NCBI GenBank assembly: GCA_964408285.1
Contig: CAYOYV010000007.1
Location: forward strand, 3,681-67,680
DNA length: 64,000 bases
Direction: 5' to 3'
DNA from: an uncultured Nitrososphaerota archaeon
Lineage (GTDB): Archaea; Thermoproteota; EX4484-205; JAAOZO01
Part shown: positions 29,293 through 38,548 of the stretch, piece after piece
How the letters are laid out: every line of letters begins with the position of its first letter
Numbering within the stretch: position 1 is the first letter of the stretch
Notes under the pieces: generated by a model
Told to the model about the DNA's origin: nothing
Databases searched by the model: none
Seen by the model: the letters and a program-made list of their open reading frames with translations, nothing else
Made by a program: the position numbers and the translations under genes

Positions 29293-29748
29293 ATGGCAGA
29301 CAAGCCCAATCTACCGAAAACGTTGATACTGAAGAGAGGTTTCCCCTGCTACAATGCAGTCCATAGAATGGGAGCAAGGGAGGGAGACAGGGTCGTGCTG
29401 GTCAACCCATCGGAGATTGCAGAAGAAATGCGGGCTGTGCGGAAAGGAAAGCTCACCACAATTACAGAGATCTGCAGAACCATAGCGGAGAAGCACAAAG
29501 TCAAGGCCTGTTGTACCCTAACTACAGGCATTTTCATCATGACCATAGCGAATGCGATGGAGGAGATCAAAAGGGAAGGCAAGAAAAACGGGATTCCGTA
29601 CTGGCGGACACTGAAGGCCGATGGCTCCCTTAACGAGAAATATCCCGGAGGAGCCGAAGCGCAGAGAAAACTACTCAAGGAGGAGGGACACAAAGTCATG
29701 CAAAAGGGCAAGAAATATTTCGTCGAGAATTACGCCAGATATTTATAG
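29293..29748 (+). CDS. MGMT-family DNA-binding-domain protein lacking the acceptor Cys (alkyltransferase-like)
   Basis: The C-terminus 'GIPYWRTLKADGSL...GGAEAQRKLLKEEGH' aligns to MGMT 'PCHRVV...GG...K..LL..EG', with Y-W in place of C-H. The ORF is open from 29263. Confidence 0.45.
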   Translation: MADKPNLPKTLILKRGFPCYNAVHRMGAREGDRVVLVNPSEIAEEMRAVRKGKLTTITEICRTIAEKHKVKACCTLTTGIFIMTIANAMEEIKREGKKNGIPYWRTLKADGSLNEKYPGGAEAQRKLLKEEGHKVMQKGKKYFVENYARYL

Positions 29749-29790
29749 GGGAAAGACAAGCTCCAATCCCTGCCTGCTATCGTGGTCGGC

Positions 29791-31350
29791 CTAGGAAGCC
29801 AGGGGCTCGTCACGGAGTCGTCTGTATGCGAACAGGGCAGATGCAACGCCGAACACAGATAATCCAATTACTGCAACTAAACCGAATGGCGTCGTGAAAG
29901 CCACTGTTGCGGCTATGCCCAGCAGGATGAATCCAAAAAACATCATCAATAAACGCGCACCCAGCGCCTTCTGACCGAAGCTCCTCTCACTCCACCCTGA
30001 AGGTTCAGTGGGAAGCATTGAGGTTAGCAGGCAGCAGTTGATCAATAAAGAGGCAGCCATGTCCACTTCGAAAAGCACCGACGTCAATATTCCCTGCAGG
30101 ATTCCAGACAGATATGTCGCGAGCGCGGCCAAAACCAACCCCGCTGGCAAAAGGCCGAGGAAAGCCGAGAGGGCCTTCGAGAGCGCAAGCCTCCTCTTTG
30201 TCAGTGGGAGTCTATATAGATCCCTGGACGATTCGCCTTCAACATAGAATAATTCATCGGAGGATATTCCGAAGAAGAACACGGACAAGGGTAACACCTC
30301 TACGATCTTGCTGCCTATCATTCGGGCGATCGGATCTCCAGTTGGTGCAGTCAGAAGGGGGAGTATGAATACCAAGGGGATTATAGAATAGACTAGGAAC
30401 CTCGCCAATCTCTGGGGGCTTCTGACCAACAGCTTCAGGTCCTTCATGGATAGTCCAATTAATGGACCATAGGCACGAACAGACCATTTGGCCTTGACTT
30501 TCAATTGCCGCCCCTTTAGGCCAGAAGTGGTCGTGATTCCCTGAGAAAGGGTTCTCCAAAACCTATTTGAGGAGAAGTTCAATAGAGCCAGAGACAAAAC
30601 AAACGTCACGAGGATGGAGGCTACCGTCAACGGACTGAAAGTCCCAAGTGCAAGTACACCATAGTTGAGCGGTGGAATCAATTCGGCAAGGTTACCAAAT
30701 CCGGGGACATCTGGAATCGATACATTCCTGAATATGGACGTCAGAATGTTAGGAAGATAACCAACAAGCAGAAGCAGAATCCAACCTATTGTCGCCAGCA
30801 GCCTCAGCCTTGGATCAGAACGAACTGAAGGGGCAAAGGAAGCGACGAACAGGCCAATGCCGTAGCCAATGATCAAGAGTGTTACGGCCATTGCTATCCC
30901 TGCAACGATTGGATACAGGCTCCCTCTTCCGATCGCCAAAACCATGGAAGCTGGGATGACGACTAGGACAAATGAACCAACGCCCCAGTACAGGAAACTG
31001 GCGGCCATCACGGCTCTTCTGAGCGTGCTTTCATCAACCGGACGATAGGTAAGTGGCTCCAAAAGCCCTTGCGAAGCCATTATGGACGTCAGAGACGCGA
31101 TGGACAAAAAAGCCATTAGTAGCTCAATTGCCCCGAGCATCACAAAGAAGAAAGCCGACGGCATGGACAACATCAAAAAGCCGAATAGAAGCGATATCCC
31201 TGTGGATATGATCGCTGGAATGAAGTTCACCTCTATTATCGAGCCACTTCCCCTCCAGAAGCTCGGAGTTTTCAAGGTCTCCCTTTGTCTAACGGAGCGG
31301 TAGGCCGATTCCTTTGCCAGGATCCTTGCTATCTCAAGCCAAAGAGACAT
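29791..31350 (-). CDS. polytopic membrane protein, hypothetical (~12 TM helices)
   Basis: 519-aa hydrophobic ORF with no nucleotide-binding motif. Confidence 0.4.
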   Translation of the reverse strand: MSLWLEIARILAKESAYRSVRQRETLKTPSFWRGSGSIIEVNFIPAIISTGISLLFGFLMLSMPSAFFFVMLGAIELLMAFLSIASLTSIMASQGLLEPLTYRPVDESTLRRAVMAASFLYWGVGSFVLVVIPASMVLAIGRGSLYPIVAGIAMAVTLLIIGYGIGLFVASFAPSVRSDPRLRLLATIGWILLLLVGYLPNILTSIFRNVSIPDVPGFGNLAELIPPLNYGVLALGTFSPLTVASILVTFVLSLALLNFSSNRFWRTLSQGITTTSGLKGRQLKVKAKWSVRAYGPLIGLSMKDLKLLVRSPQRLARFLVYSIIPLVFILPLLTAPTGDPIARMIGSKIVEVLPLSVFFFGISSDELFYVEGESSRDLYRLPLTKRRLALSKALSAFLGLLPAGLVLAALATYLSGILQGILTSVLFEVDMAASLLINCCLLTSMLPTEPSGWSERSFGQKALGARLLMMFFGFILLGIAATVAFTTPFGLVAVIGLSVFGVASALFAYRRLRDEPLAS

Positions 31351-31584
31351 TCTTTGTGGCTATCAGTGCACTCCCGCGCCATAATGTCGGCGTCACGCGC
31401 ATTGTCCTGCAAGAGGCGATACGGATTTAAGGGTTAGCGAACACTCGCGCGGTTGGCTGGAATGAGAATGGAGTGCCAAGGCAGAAAACACTAGGAAGAC
31501 TCGTGACGTCACGTGTGGAGTCAAAGCTTGGAGAGGTTAGTCTATATAGCGTAGTATTTCCAGACGCGCATTCCTACAGCCGTG

Positions 31585-32649
31585 TCATGTCATTGCCAGA
31601 GCATTCCTTATTGCGTTCTTGTGCTCTGCCTTAGGTATGGGATAGACGAACCAGCATATTCCTTGGGCTCCCTTCTCAAGCGCGACCTGCGTTGCCCTCA
31701 TTACGTCTTCCTCCGTCTTCATGAAACCCAAGAAAATGCCTGCCACTATTTTCTTGCCGGTCGAAACTCCCTCAAGAACGGCCTCCCCAATCCAATCAAC
31801 TCCCCTGTCGTAATATTCGTGGTATATCATTGGCTGAAGTGAGTCCAGTGGCCATCTGGCCCATTGCTGGAAAACGTATCGATACGATGTCCCGGGGGTT
31901 GCGAAGACAGCTGCAGAAGTCTCCAGAGTGTTGTCGTAGGATTTCACGACCTTGTGGAAGTCCCGCACAAATGCAGTTATCCTGTCCGCCCTCCACTGCA
32001 CCCATTGGTACCAGAATCTTGTCCCGAACTGGATCTCAAGAGGATCGACCCCATATTCCCCCTTGAAGCCATCCCTGCAGTACTGACAGTAGCAATAATC
32101 GTAGTGGGGACCGTATTCGTCCTTTCCCTTCTCTATGCCATACTTCGGCCTGAGTCCCTCTGGAAGAAAGATATCAGGCAAGCGTATGTAGTCGAGGTGA
32201 ACTCCGTCTAAGTCATATCTCTCCAAAAGCTCCTGAACCCCGGAAAGGAGAAAAGATCGCGTGTCCTCCCTGCTCGGGCAAAGCCAGAGATAATGCGGAA
32301 CATACGCTGGCTTGTCAACGCAACTCTCCCCATTCCTATTGACGACAAACCACTGCTTCTTCTCCCTGACTAGGTCCTGATTCGGTTTGTTGAAGGCGAC
32401 CACCCAAGCATGGACCCTCAGGCCATTCTTCTTGGCCTCCTTTAGGACCGGCTCGAAGAAATCCTTCTCCTTGCACGAGCGCGACGAGATGAATGACTTG
32501 CTCGGGTAGAGGGCGCCGTCACCCTCTATCGAGATCAGGAACAATTCCTCCGCCCCCATCTCCTTGAGTTCCGAAATATGTTTCTCTGGGTTTTCTGCGA
32601 TGCCCTGAGTGCTGACCCAAAACGCTCTAACCCTCTGTCCCAATTTCAC
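31585..32649 (-). CDS. glycoside hydrolase-like family 10 (GHL10 / DUF187, YngK-like TIM barrel)
   Basis: The motifs 'NGLRVHAWVVAF' and 'YDLDGVHLDYIRLP' are characteristic of GHL10. Confidence 0.55.
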   Translation of the reverse strand: MKLGQRVRAFWVSTQGIAENPEKHISELKEMGAEELFLISIEGDGALYPSKSFISSRSCKEKDFFEPVLKEAKKNGLRVHAWVVAFNKPNQDLVREKKQWFVVNRNGESCVDKPAYVPHYLWLCPSREDTRSFLLSGVQELLERYDLDGVHLDYIRLPDIFLPEGLRPKYGIEKGKDEYGPHYDYCYCQYCRDGFKGEYGVDPLEIQFGTRFWYQWVQWRADRITAFVRDFHKVVKSYDNTLETSAAVFATPGTSYRYVFQQWARWPLDSLQPMIYHEYYDRGVDWIGEAVLEGVSTGKKIVAGIFLGFMKTEEDVMRATQVALEKGAQGICWFVYPIPKAEHKNAIRNALAMT

Positions 32650-32793
32650 TCCCAGTCATTTGGTCCTTAATCTAGCTATTTACAATTTCGCATGTACGAA
32701 GCGCCGCGACTCGGGTCTAGACCCAGATAGGCTAGATAGCTATCCCCTTAAGGGTCAGCCCATAGTGCGAATTAGCAACCCAAGCCATTACCT

Positions 32794-33258
32794 TCATGCC
32801 TCAATGCGTGGCTTCGTCCATCGACTTTCGCCGCTCATCGTCAGCTTGGAGATAACTGGTCTGAATTTTGCCTTCAGGTTCTTCCTATCGCCCATAAAGA
32901 CCTCTATCTCCACGTCATTCCCTAGGATTTCATGGCACCTTGACACGAGGTCTTCAACAGAGACCTCTGGGTCGTTCTTTCTCTTCATGAGTTCTATTGT
33001 GATTTTGTTCGCGCCCTGCTGCACAGCTTGATATCTTGAAACTCCCGGACAGCCTTGGATTGTTGCCATTATGGCCTTCGGAGTGACGATTCTACCATTG
33101 GATAATCTGAAGCAGTCAACGATCCTACCCTCAATTGACTTCAGAAGGGGCAGACCTCTACCACATGAACACATGCCGTCGCCGAATATCCCAACATCAC
33201 CTACCCTGTAGCGTGTTAGAGGCATCGCATAGTACGGTAAAAACTGTGATTTCAACAA
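32794..33258 (-). pseudogene. truncated paralogue (C-terminal ~150 aa) of the PaaK-like ligase at 2840..4195
   Basis: The reads 'YAMPLTRYRVGDVGI...CSCGRG...LLKSIEGR...GVSRYQAVQ...KAKFRPVISKL...RWTKPR' are about 60% identical to the C-terminus of the 2840..4195 protein. Only ~350 nt lie upstream before the next gene, so there is no room for the N-terminal domain. Confidence 0.5.
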
Positions 33259-33275
33259 TCAATGCCGTACTCTCA

Positions 33276-33506
33276 ATGGCTTTATTGATCACATACATCA
33301 TCATATATAGGAGGACAAAGTCAGAATTCACAATCGCATTGATAATATTCTCGTCGATCTTCTTTCTGCAGGTCCTCGCTTCGAATCCCTTGGTTCACTG
33401 GATCTTTGGTTTCTGGGCTTTCGGTCTTGGCCCATTCGCAATGTTGCCGGATCTGCTGACTTCTTTAGTATTGCTAGTCCTACTATATCTCACTTTCAAA
33501 TACTAG
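33276..33506 (+). CDS. small membrane protein (76 aa, 2-3 TM), hypothetical
   Basis: The ATG-initiated hydrophobic ORF 'MALLITYIIIYRR...' lies within track ORF 33135..33506. Confidence 0.3.
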   Translation: MALLITYIIIYRRTKSEFTIALIIFSSIFFLQVLASNPLVHWIFGFWAFGLGPFAMLPDLLTSLVLLVLLYLTFKY

Positions 33507-33776
33507 CGGAATCAGTCGAACGACCCGTCACGCATTGCTATCTGATCACGAGAACTCGATTGCGACATCGCTCATCATTAATGCGACTATCGACCAATGA
33601 ATATACAGATGGGCCTAATCCTCTTGTTCTTTTCCGTTGATCATAATCTGCAAGAGACGATTATCGGGATCAGAATCAGTCCGAATAAAGGGTACAGAGT
33701 TGCGCGCTTGGATTGACCAAATTAGGATCCTTAAATGTAAGACGGTCAAGCAGTTTGCCCCCAGAGGAAGAGCAAA

Positions 33777-33804
33777 GGGCCGGCTAGGTGGCATCGCCGG
33801 CCCC
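33777..33804 (-). terminator. GC hairpin immediately downstream of the 33811..34986 stop codon
   Basis: 'gggccggc-taggtggcatc-gccggccc' has a perfect 8-bp stem and lies 6 nt from the stop. A pyrimidine-rich tract follows on the coding strand. Confidence 0.4.
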
Positions 33805-33810
33805 TTCTTT

Positions 33811-34986
33811 CTACTTGTTCTTTCCCTTTCCCTTGCCGTTTTCCTTGCCGTTCTCCTTACCGTTATCCTTGTCGTGGCCCTTCCCATGCCCATTGTCCGT
33901 ATTCTGATCTTGTTCCTGTTCCTGCTCCTGTTGACTCATGTTGGAGTCTTTCTTGCCCTTGTCTTCTATGGTCAAAGAAGAGCTGGTTGCCTCGATCTTG
34001 TCTATGAGGGCCTTAGCCTGGGCTATCAGCGAATCTGCTGTTTCCTCATCTATGTGTTTGCCCCTCTGAGCCTCGACATGATGTATGAAGGCCTTTAGAT
34101 TGTTGGCTGACGCTTTCAGCATATTGGCAGCAGTCTTGTTCTTTCCCTCGTCAACCCATGCCAAGCATTGCTCGATCTTCCTAGCGGTTACATTGAGTTT
34201 CTTCACGAGGCTGTTGTTTATCCCTCCGACATCTGCGGTTATCGAATCGTTCAGCGCATCAAGTTCACGGAATATGGCCTCAGTAAGCGCAGCGATAGAA
34301 GCGTTCACATAGAATTTGGTAGAGGCAAGTGGGACTCCCGGCTCATCGATACTATAAGCAGTCGCATCGTAGGTTCCGTTTACTGCGTCGAAAGGTATTA
34401 GCCACTCAATTCCATCTGGGATTTTGCCTTCCGTATCAGAATCGAATGGAAGCGTAGCGATCACTTCTGAATCGAACGCTATGTCAATATAATATCCCAT
34501 CTCAGGCGTGTAGCCAATTCCAGAGAACACTACCTCCTCCTCGACTATGTATTCCTCCTTGTCAGTCTCAAGCGTTGCAGTACTCACTATGAAGGACGCC
34601 CTGCTGACCTCCTTCTCGTAGGTCTCAGCGTTGTCTGGGTCTGTTATGTTGTACGCCACTGCCGTGTAAAGACCAAGGGGGACTCCCTCTTCCACTAACC
34701 ATTCAACTCCATCAGGAATGGTTCCCTCAGTTGCGGAATCGAATTCCAAGGATCCATAAGTATCAAGGCCCTTTGTGATGTCAATCCTGTATTTTGTCCC
34801 TTCCGGTAGATATCCCTCCCCGGAGAATATTACGGGCTCTCCGAACGCATAAGTGGTTTTATCTGTCAACAATGTCGGATCTAGTGTAGAGGTCGATTCC
34901 AGATTCGATGTGAGGTCCGCCTTTGCCAGCGCGAGGCACGCGACGACAACTAGCATGAGACACGATACTACTTTCTTCGTTTTCAT
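33811..34986 (-). CDS. secreted repeat protein with coiled-coil segment and Gly/Lys-rich C-terminal tail
   Basis: It has a signal peptide 'MKTKKVVSCLMLVVVACLALA' and two ~85-aa internal repeats ('...FSGEGY/FSGIGY...IPDGVEWL/IPDGIEWL...'). An α-helical region follows, then the tail 'NGHGKGHDKDNGKENGKENGKGKGKNK'. Confidence 0.5.
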   Translation of the reverse strand: MKTKKVVSCLMLVVVACLALAKADLTSNLESTSTLDPTLLTDKTTYAFGEPVIFSGEGYLPEGTKYRIDITKGLDTYGSLEFDSATEGTIPDGVEWLVEEGVPLGLYTAVAYNITDPDNAETYEKEVSRASFIVSTATLETDKEEYIVEEEVVFSGIGYTPEMGYYIDIAFDSEVIATLPFDSDTEGKIPDGIEWLIPFDAVNGTYDATAYSIDEPGVPLASTKFYVNASIAALTEAIFRELDALNDSITADVGGINNSLVKKLNVTARKIEQCLAWVDEGKNKTAANMLKASANNLKAFIHHVEAQRGKHIDEETADSLIAQAKALIDKIEATSSSLTIEDKGKKDSNMSQQEQEQEQDQNTDNGHGKGHDKDNGKENGKENGKGKGKNK

Positions 34987-35076
34987 TCCGTCCTAAGTCG
35001 GAGCCGTTATCCAGTATAACGGTTTGTACGTTGGCTTTTCGACAAATCGGCCAGAAAGCAGGGCAAATCCAGCCAA

Positions 35077-35108
35077 GATCGTTCACAACCGTTCATGATC
35101 GTTCACAA
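35077..35108. promoter_or_regulatory. direct-repeat array: GATCGTTCACAA ×2 with 20-nt spacing, CGTTCA ×3 with exactly 10-nt spacing
   Basis: The sequence 'gatcgttcacaaccgttcatgatcgttcacaa' places the hexamer at 35080, 35090 and 35100. Confidence 0.4.
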
Positions 35109-35588
35109 AGGGAAAACCAGCCCTCTTAGCCAGAAAATCTGAGGTTCGGAGATGCTGATTTTTCGTTTAAAACGTTGCGAAACTAAATTCTCCTCACGCA
35201 ATCCTATAATGTCCACCCTGATGTTCTTTCGGCAAATCTTCCTTATGATCTCCTCTTGAATACAAGTACCGGATATTATGTTCTAGGAACATGAGGCACC
35301 TTTCGTATATTCTGCTGGTCTCGACTTGCCCCCACTCGTGTATATGTCTGTCGAGGGTATGAATCCGAATCTCATTTTCCTCATCCGATTTCCATATGAT
35401 TACAATCCCACAGCATCAAGAAGATCATCTATCAGAACCACAAAGTCAGTGGTGGTCCTCTTCCTAACCTCTGGCATCATATAGATGCGGGATTCCCGTC
35501 ATCTGCCCCGGGACTGTGCAGTTGTGTTGGTCGATCTCCCATCTCTGTTGTCGTAAGCGGAAAGACTGATATTTACTCGACGGGAATC

Positions 35589-36929
35589 ATGCGTCCAGGT
35601 GGGAGAGCTGAATTGCTGACTAGGACGGGGAAATTGATATACGCGATGGGCAGGCTTGGATCATCCGCGCTGCTTTCGCTCATTGACCTTGCAACGTTCT
35701 GGCTTTACCTGGACTTTTTCGGCCTAGGAGGAATGCTGGTCGGTATTTCGTTTGCGATTGGAAAGCTCGTGATCGCCTTTTTTGGTTGGTACTTCGGATA
35801 TCTGAGTGACATAACTAGGTCGAAGGCGTGGGGGAGGCGCCGGCCGTACATCCTAGCAGGCTGCTTATTGCTGGCCTTCTCGACTGCCATGCTGTTCTTG
35901 CCCGACTATTTCATCAACATCAAGGATCAATTGGGCCTGTTTCTGTACGCGACCGTCTTCCTCAGTCTTGCCAACCTCAGCTACGGGCTCCTGAGCACTC
36001 CGTATATGGCGTGGCTTGCAGAAATTGCCGATCCGGAGGAAAGGGTTGAAGTGTCAGCGTATCAAAATGTCTTTGGCATGTTGGCCCAAGTTGTTGGAAC
36101 ATTGATTGGGTTTGCGCTGCCTGCGCTTCGAGCAGGTGGTGCTTCTCAGGTATTGTGGATTCTGCTCGGGCTCGGTGGCCTTGAGATCTTCCTCTACGCT
36201 CCAGCACTTCTTACGATAAAGGAAAAGGAGCGGCCCCTCCCGAGACCCAACGTTCGCAGAGAGATCGCGGTCGTTCTCGGAAACAAGAACTACAGGAACT
36301 GGCTTTTACTTCAGGGAATGATGTCAATGCCCACTGCAATCTTGGCAAGCCTGATAATGAGCTACCTTCAGAAGGTTCTCATGGTCGTTGGGACTGAATT
36401 CATGCTCATAGGCGCACTAATGTTGCTCTTAGAGGCAATATTCTTTCCCATCTGGACAAGGATATCACGACGGATCGGGAAGAAGCTGCCCCTGACAACT
36501 TCCTTAGTCGTCTTGACTTTGTCCTTGCCCTTGACAATGATCCTAGGGCAACCAGTTCTCGGATTCATTCCGGACCTATTTCAGGCCTTTCTGTTCATCT
36601 CACTGATTGCGATTGGGATCTCTGGTTGGTACCTTCTTCCAAATCCTGTCACTGCTGATATCGCCCACCAGGACGAAATACTTGGAGGAGAGGCAAGGGC
36701 AGGTAGTTACGGCGGGCTGATTTCCATTCCGCTGAACGTGCTTCAGGCGCTTGCTCGTTTCATAGCGGGTTCCATTGCAGAGCTACCGATTGTCGCAGGT
36801 CAGAATTACTCCTACGGATTGTTAATTTGGGGTCCGGTCTCCTCTTTGTTGTTGATACCTAACCTGATAGTCCTAATCAAATATGTGGAAACTGACCCCC
36901 TGCGAAAGAAGCCATCTCAGAGTAATTGA
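35589..36929 (+). CDS. MFS transporter (GPH/sugar:cation symporter-like)
   Basis: 446-aa ORF with 12 TM helices. The N-terminus 'KLIYAMGRLGSS' resembles the GPH-family N-terminal motif. Confidence 0.6.
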   Translation: MRPGGRAELLTRTGKLIYAMGRLGSSALLSLIDLATFWLYLDFFGLGGMLVGISFAIGKLVIAFFGWYFGYLSDITRSKAWGRRRPYILAGCLLLAFSTAMLFLPDYFINIKDQLGLFLYATVFLSLANLSYGLLSTPYMAWLAEIADPEERVEVSAYQNVFGMLAQVVGTLIGFALPALRAGGASQVLWILLGLGGLEIFLYAPALLTIKEKERPLPRPNVRREIAVVLGNKNYRNWLLLQGMMSMPTAILASLIMSYLQKVLMVVGTEFMLIGALMLLLEAIFFPIWTRISRRIGKKLPLTTSLVVLTLSLPLTMILGQPVLGFIPDLFQAFLFISLIAIGISGWYLLPNPVTADIAHQDEILGGEARAGSYGGLISIPLNVLQALARFIAGSIAELPIVAGQNYSYGLLIWGPVSSLLLIPNLIVLIKYVETDPLRKKPSQSN

Positions 36930-37037
36930 AGACTAGGTCTTGCCAGCGCACGTGATAATCTCTTCGGGAGAGCCCGTCTGTGAGTATCACGGGCAAATGC
37001 GGGTGCAGAATCTGAGAGTAGACTCCATGTCTAACTT

Positions 37038-37457
37038 CTATTTGCTTTTTGGGAATTTGGGCGGATGTTTCTTCCTCCACTCAGCTTGTCTCTTGGCCAA
37101 CCATTCATAGTTCTCCAATAACTCCGGCCAATTCAGTTCTTTCTGCATGCCCTTGATTATTGGTTCCGTTTTGTCCCAGCCTATCGCGCGCGCCGTACGA
37201 AATAGGTCGAAAGTCAAGTCCTCATTTAGCACCTTGTGGTACAATAAGACCCCAAGCAACTCATAGTAAATGCCAATTCTTATGATGTTCATCTGTCCGT
37301 CACTTCCCGGTGGATACTTCTCCTTGAATTCCTCATAGCTCTTGACAGGGGGCATTTCCAATAACCAACCCAGGGCCCTCATGACAGCCTCATTCCCGTA
37401 GAGTGTCTCAAAGAACTGAAGGAGCAACTGAGCGTCTGCTTTATTGGGTTTTGGCAA
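37038..37457 (-). CDS. hypothetical protein
   Basis: 139-aa soluble ORF with no recognised motif. Confidence 0.4.
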   Translation of the reverse strand: MPKPNKADAQLLLQFFETLYGNEAVMRALGWLLEMPPVKSYEEFKEKYPPGSDGQMNIIRIGIYYELLGVLLYHKVLNEDLTFDLFRTARAIGWDKTEPIIKGMQKELNWPELLENYEWLAKRQAEWRKKHPPKFPKSK

Positions 37458-37608
37458 TACACCCTCACCTCTTCAATACATGGATGAATAACCTGTGACA
37501 CGATATAACTTTGTACGATTCGTTGTGCGAGCGTGAGTATATTGCCAATTACCGGACCTGAACCTCCTGAAGGCCTTTTGCAGAACGAATTCATCTGAAA
37601 AGCGGTCT

Positions 37609-38532
37609 ATGCCTCTCAATCAGCTCGTCCAGACGAAACTCGTCACTTCTTATATCCTCCACGCAATCACCGGAAGGAGAGGAAGCATCTTGCGACATCT
37701 CGAGCAATATGCCAAGTCACCGTTCGAATGGCCTCTAATTCTCCTCTTCCTAGTGCTGGCATCAACCATAACGATAGTACTCCTCGATCGGTCAATGCCA
37801 CAGAAAACAATCGACATAGCCATATACTCAGACGCCGGCACTTGGGGCGAATCGGTACAAGCAACACAGAAGATGTTCCAGTGGATGGGCTACACTGTTG
37901 AGATGGTCAAGGCAAAAGACATCAACGAACCAAATTTCCTCAACAGGTTCCGTATCCTTTGCGTCCCTGGCGGAGACATGTACCAGTACTCTCAAGACAT
38001 TTCTCCGAACGGCAGAGAGAAGATCAGGGACTTTGTTCGAAGCGGTCACGGCTACATTGGGATCTGTGGAGGAGCCTACTATGCAAACGAAGAAGTCATC
38101 TGGAGAGGAAGCAAACTCCCGATGACTCCATTGGGCTTATTACAAGGAACGGCGATAGGTCCTCTCAATGAAATCGTTGAATATCCGAACTATGCAATGG
38201 TCGACATTCGTATGGCTGATTCCGGGCATCCAATAACGCGTGAAGAGTCCAGTCCAGCATGGATTCTATATTACTGGGGCCCGACTTTCGTAATTGATGA
38301 CGAGCATAACATCAGTATCCTCGGAAGATATGCACGGACGAATCAGACCGCAATTGTGGCCCTTGCATACGGTAGAGGAAGAGTGTTTCTCATTGGCACT
38401 CACCCCGAGATCGAGGAGGACAGCGATAGAGATGGTGTGACATTCGGTGATGAATTGGAGGATAAGGGGTCTGACTGGGAATTGATGAAGAAAGCCGTCG
38501 TCTGGTGCTTGGAGGCCGAACCTTCCTCGTGA
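37609..38532 (+). CDS. class I glutamine-amidotransferase-like / BPL_N-domain protein with N-terminal TM helix
   Basis: The pattern 'ILCVPGGDMYQYS...GHGYIGICGGAYYA' is BPL_N-like. Confidence 0.45.
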   Translation: MPLNQLVQTKLVTSYILHAITGRRGSILRHLEQYAKSPFEWPLILLFLVLASTITIVLLDRSMPQKTIDIAIYSDAGTWGESVQATQKMFQWMGYTVEMVKAKDINEPNFLNRFRILCVPGGDMYQYSQDISPNGREKIRDFVRSGHGYIGICGGAYYANEEVIWRGSKLPMTPLGLLQGTAIGPLNEIVEYPNYAMVDIRMADSGHPITREESSPAWILYYWGPTFVIDDEHNISILGRYARTNQTAIVALAYGRGRVFLIGTHPEIEEDSDRDGVTFGDELEDKGSDWELMKKAVVWCLEAEPSS

Positions 38533-38548
38533 CAGGTCCAGTGGGAAC

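Noticed and set aside
33369-33380. 'gcttcgaatccc' resembling a tRNA T-arm/T-loop
   Set aside because: No complementary acceptor or anticodon stems surround it, and it lies inside a hydrophobic small ORF. I found no other tRNA-like structures in the window.
33615-33893. 92-aa minus-strand ORF overlapping the 3' end and terminator hairpin of 33811..34986
   Set aside because: It is Arg-rich and overlaps the better-supported repeat-protein gene and its hairpin, so it is probably spurious.
35200-35560. Short minus-strand reading frames (e.g. 'MMPEVRKRTTTDFVVLIDDLLDAVGL') as a real small gene
   Set aside because: Stops interrupt the frames every 20-40 codons, and no frame exceeds ~30 aa. I treat this as a possible decayed remnant, not an annotated CDS.
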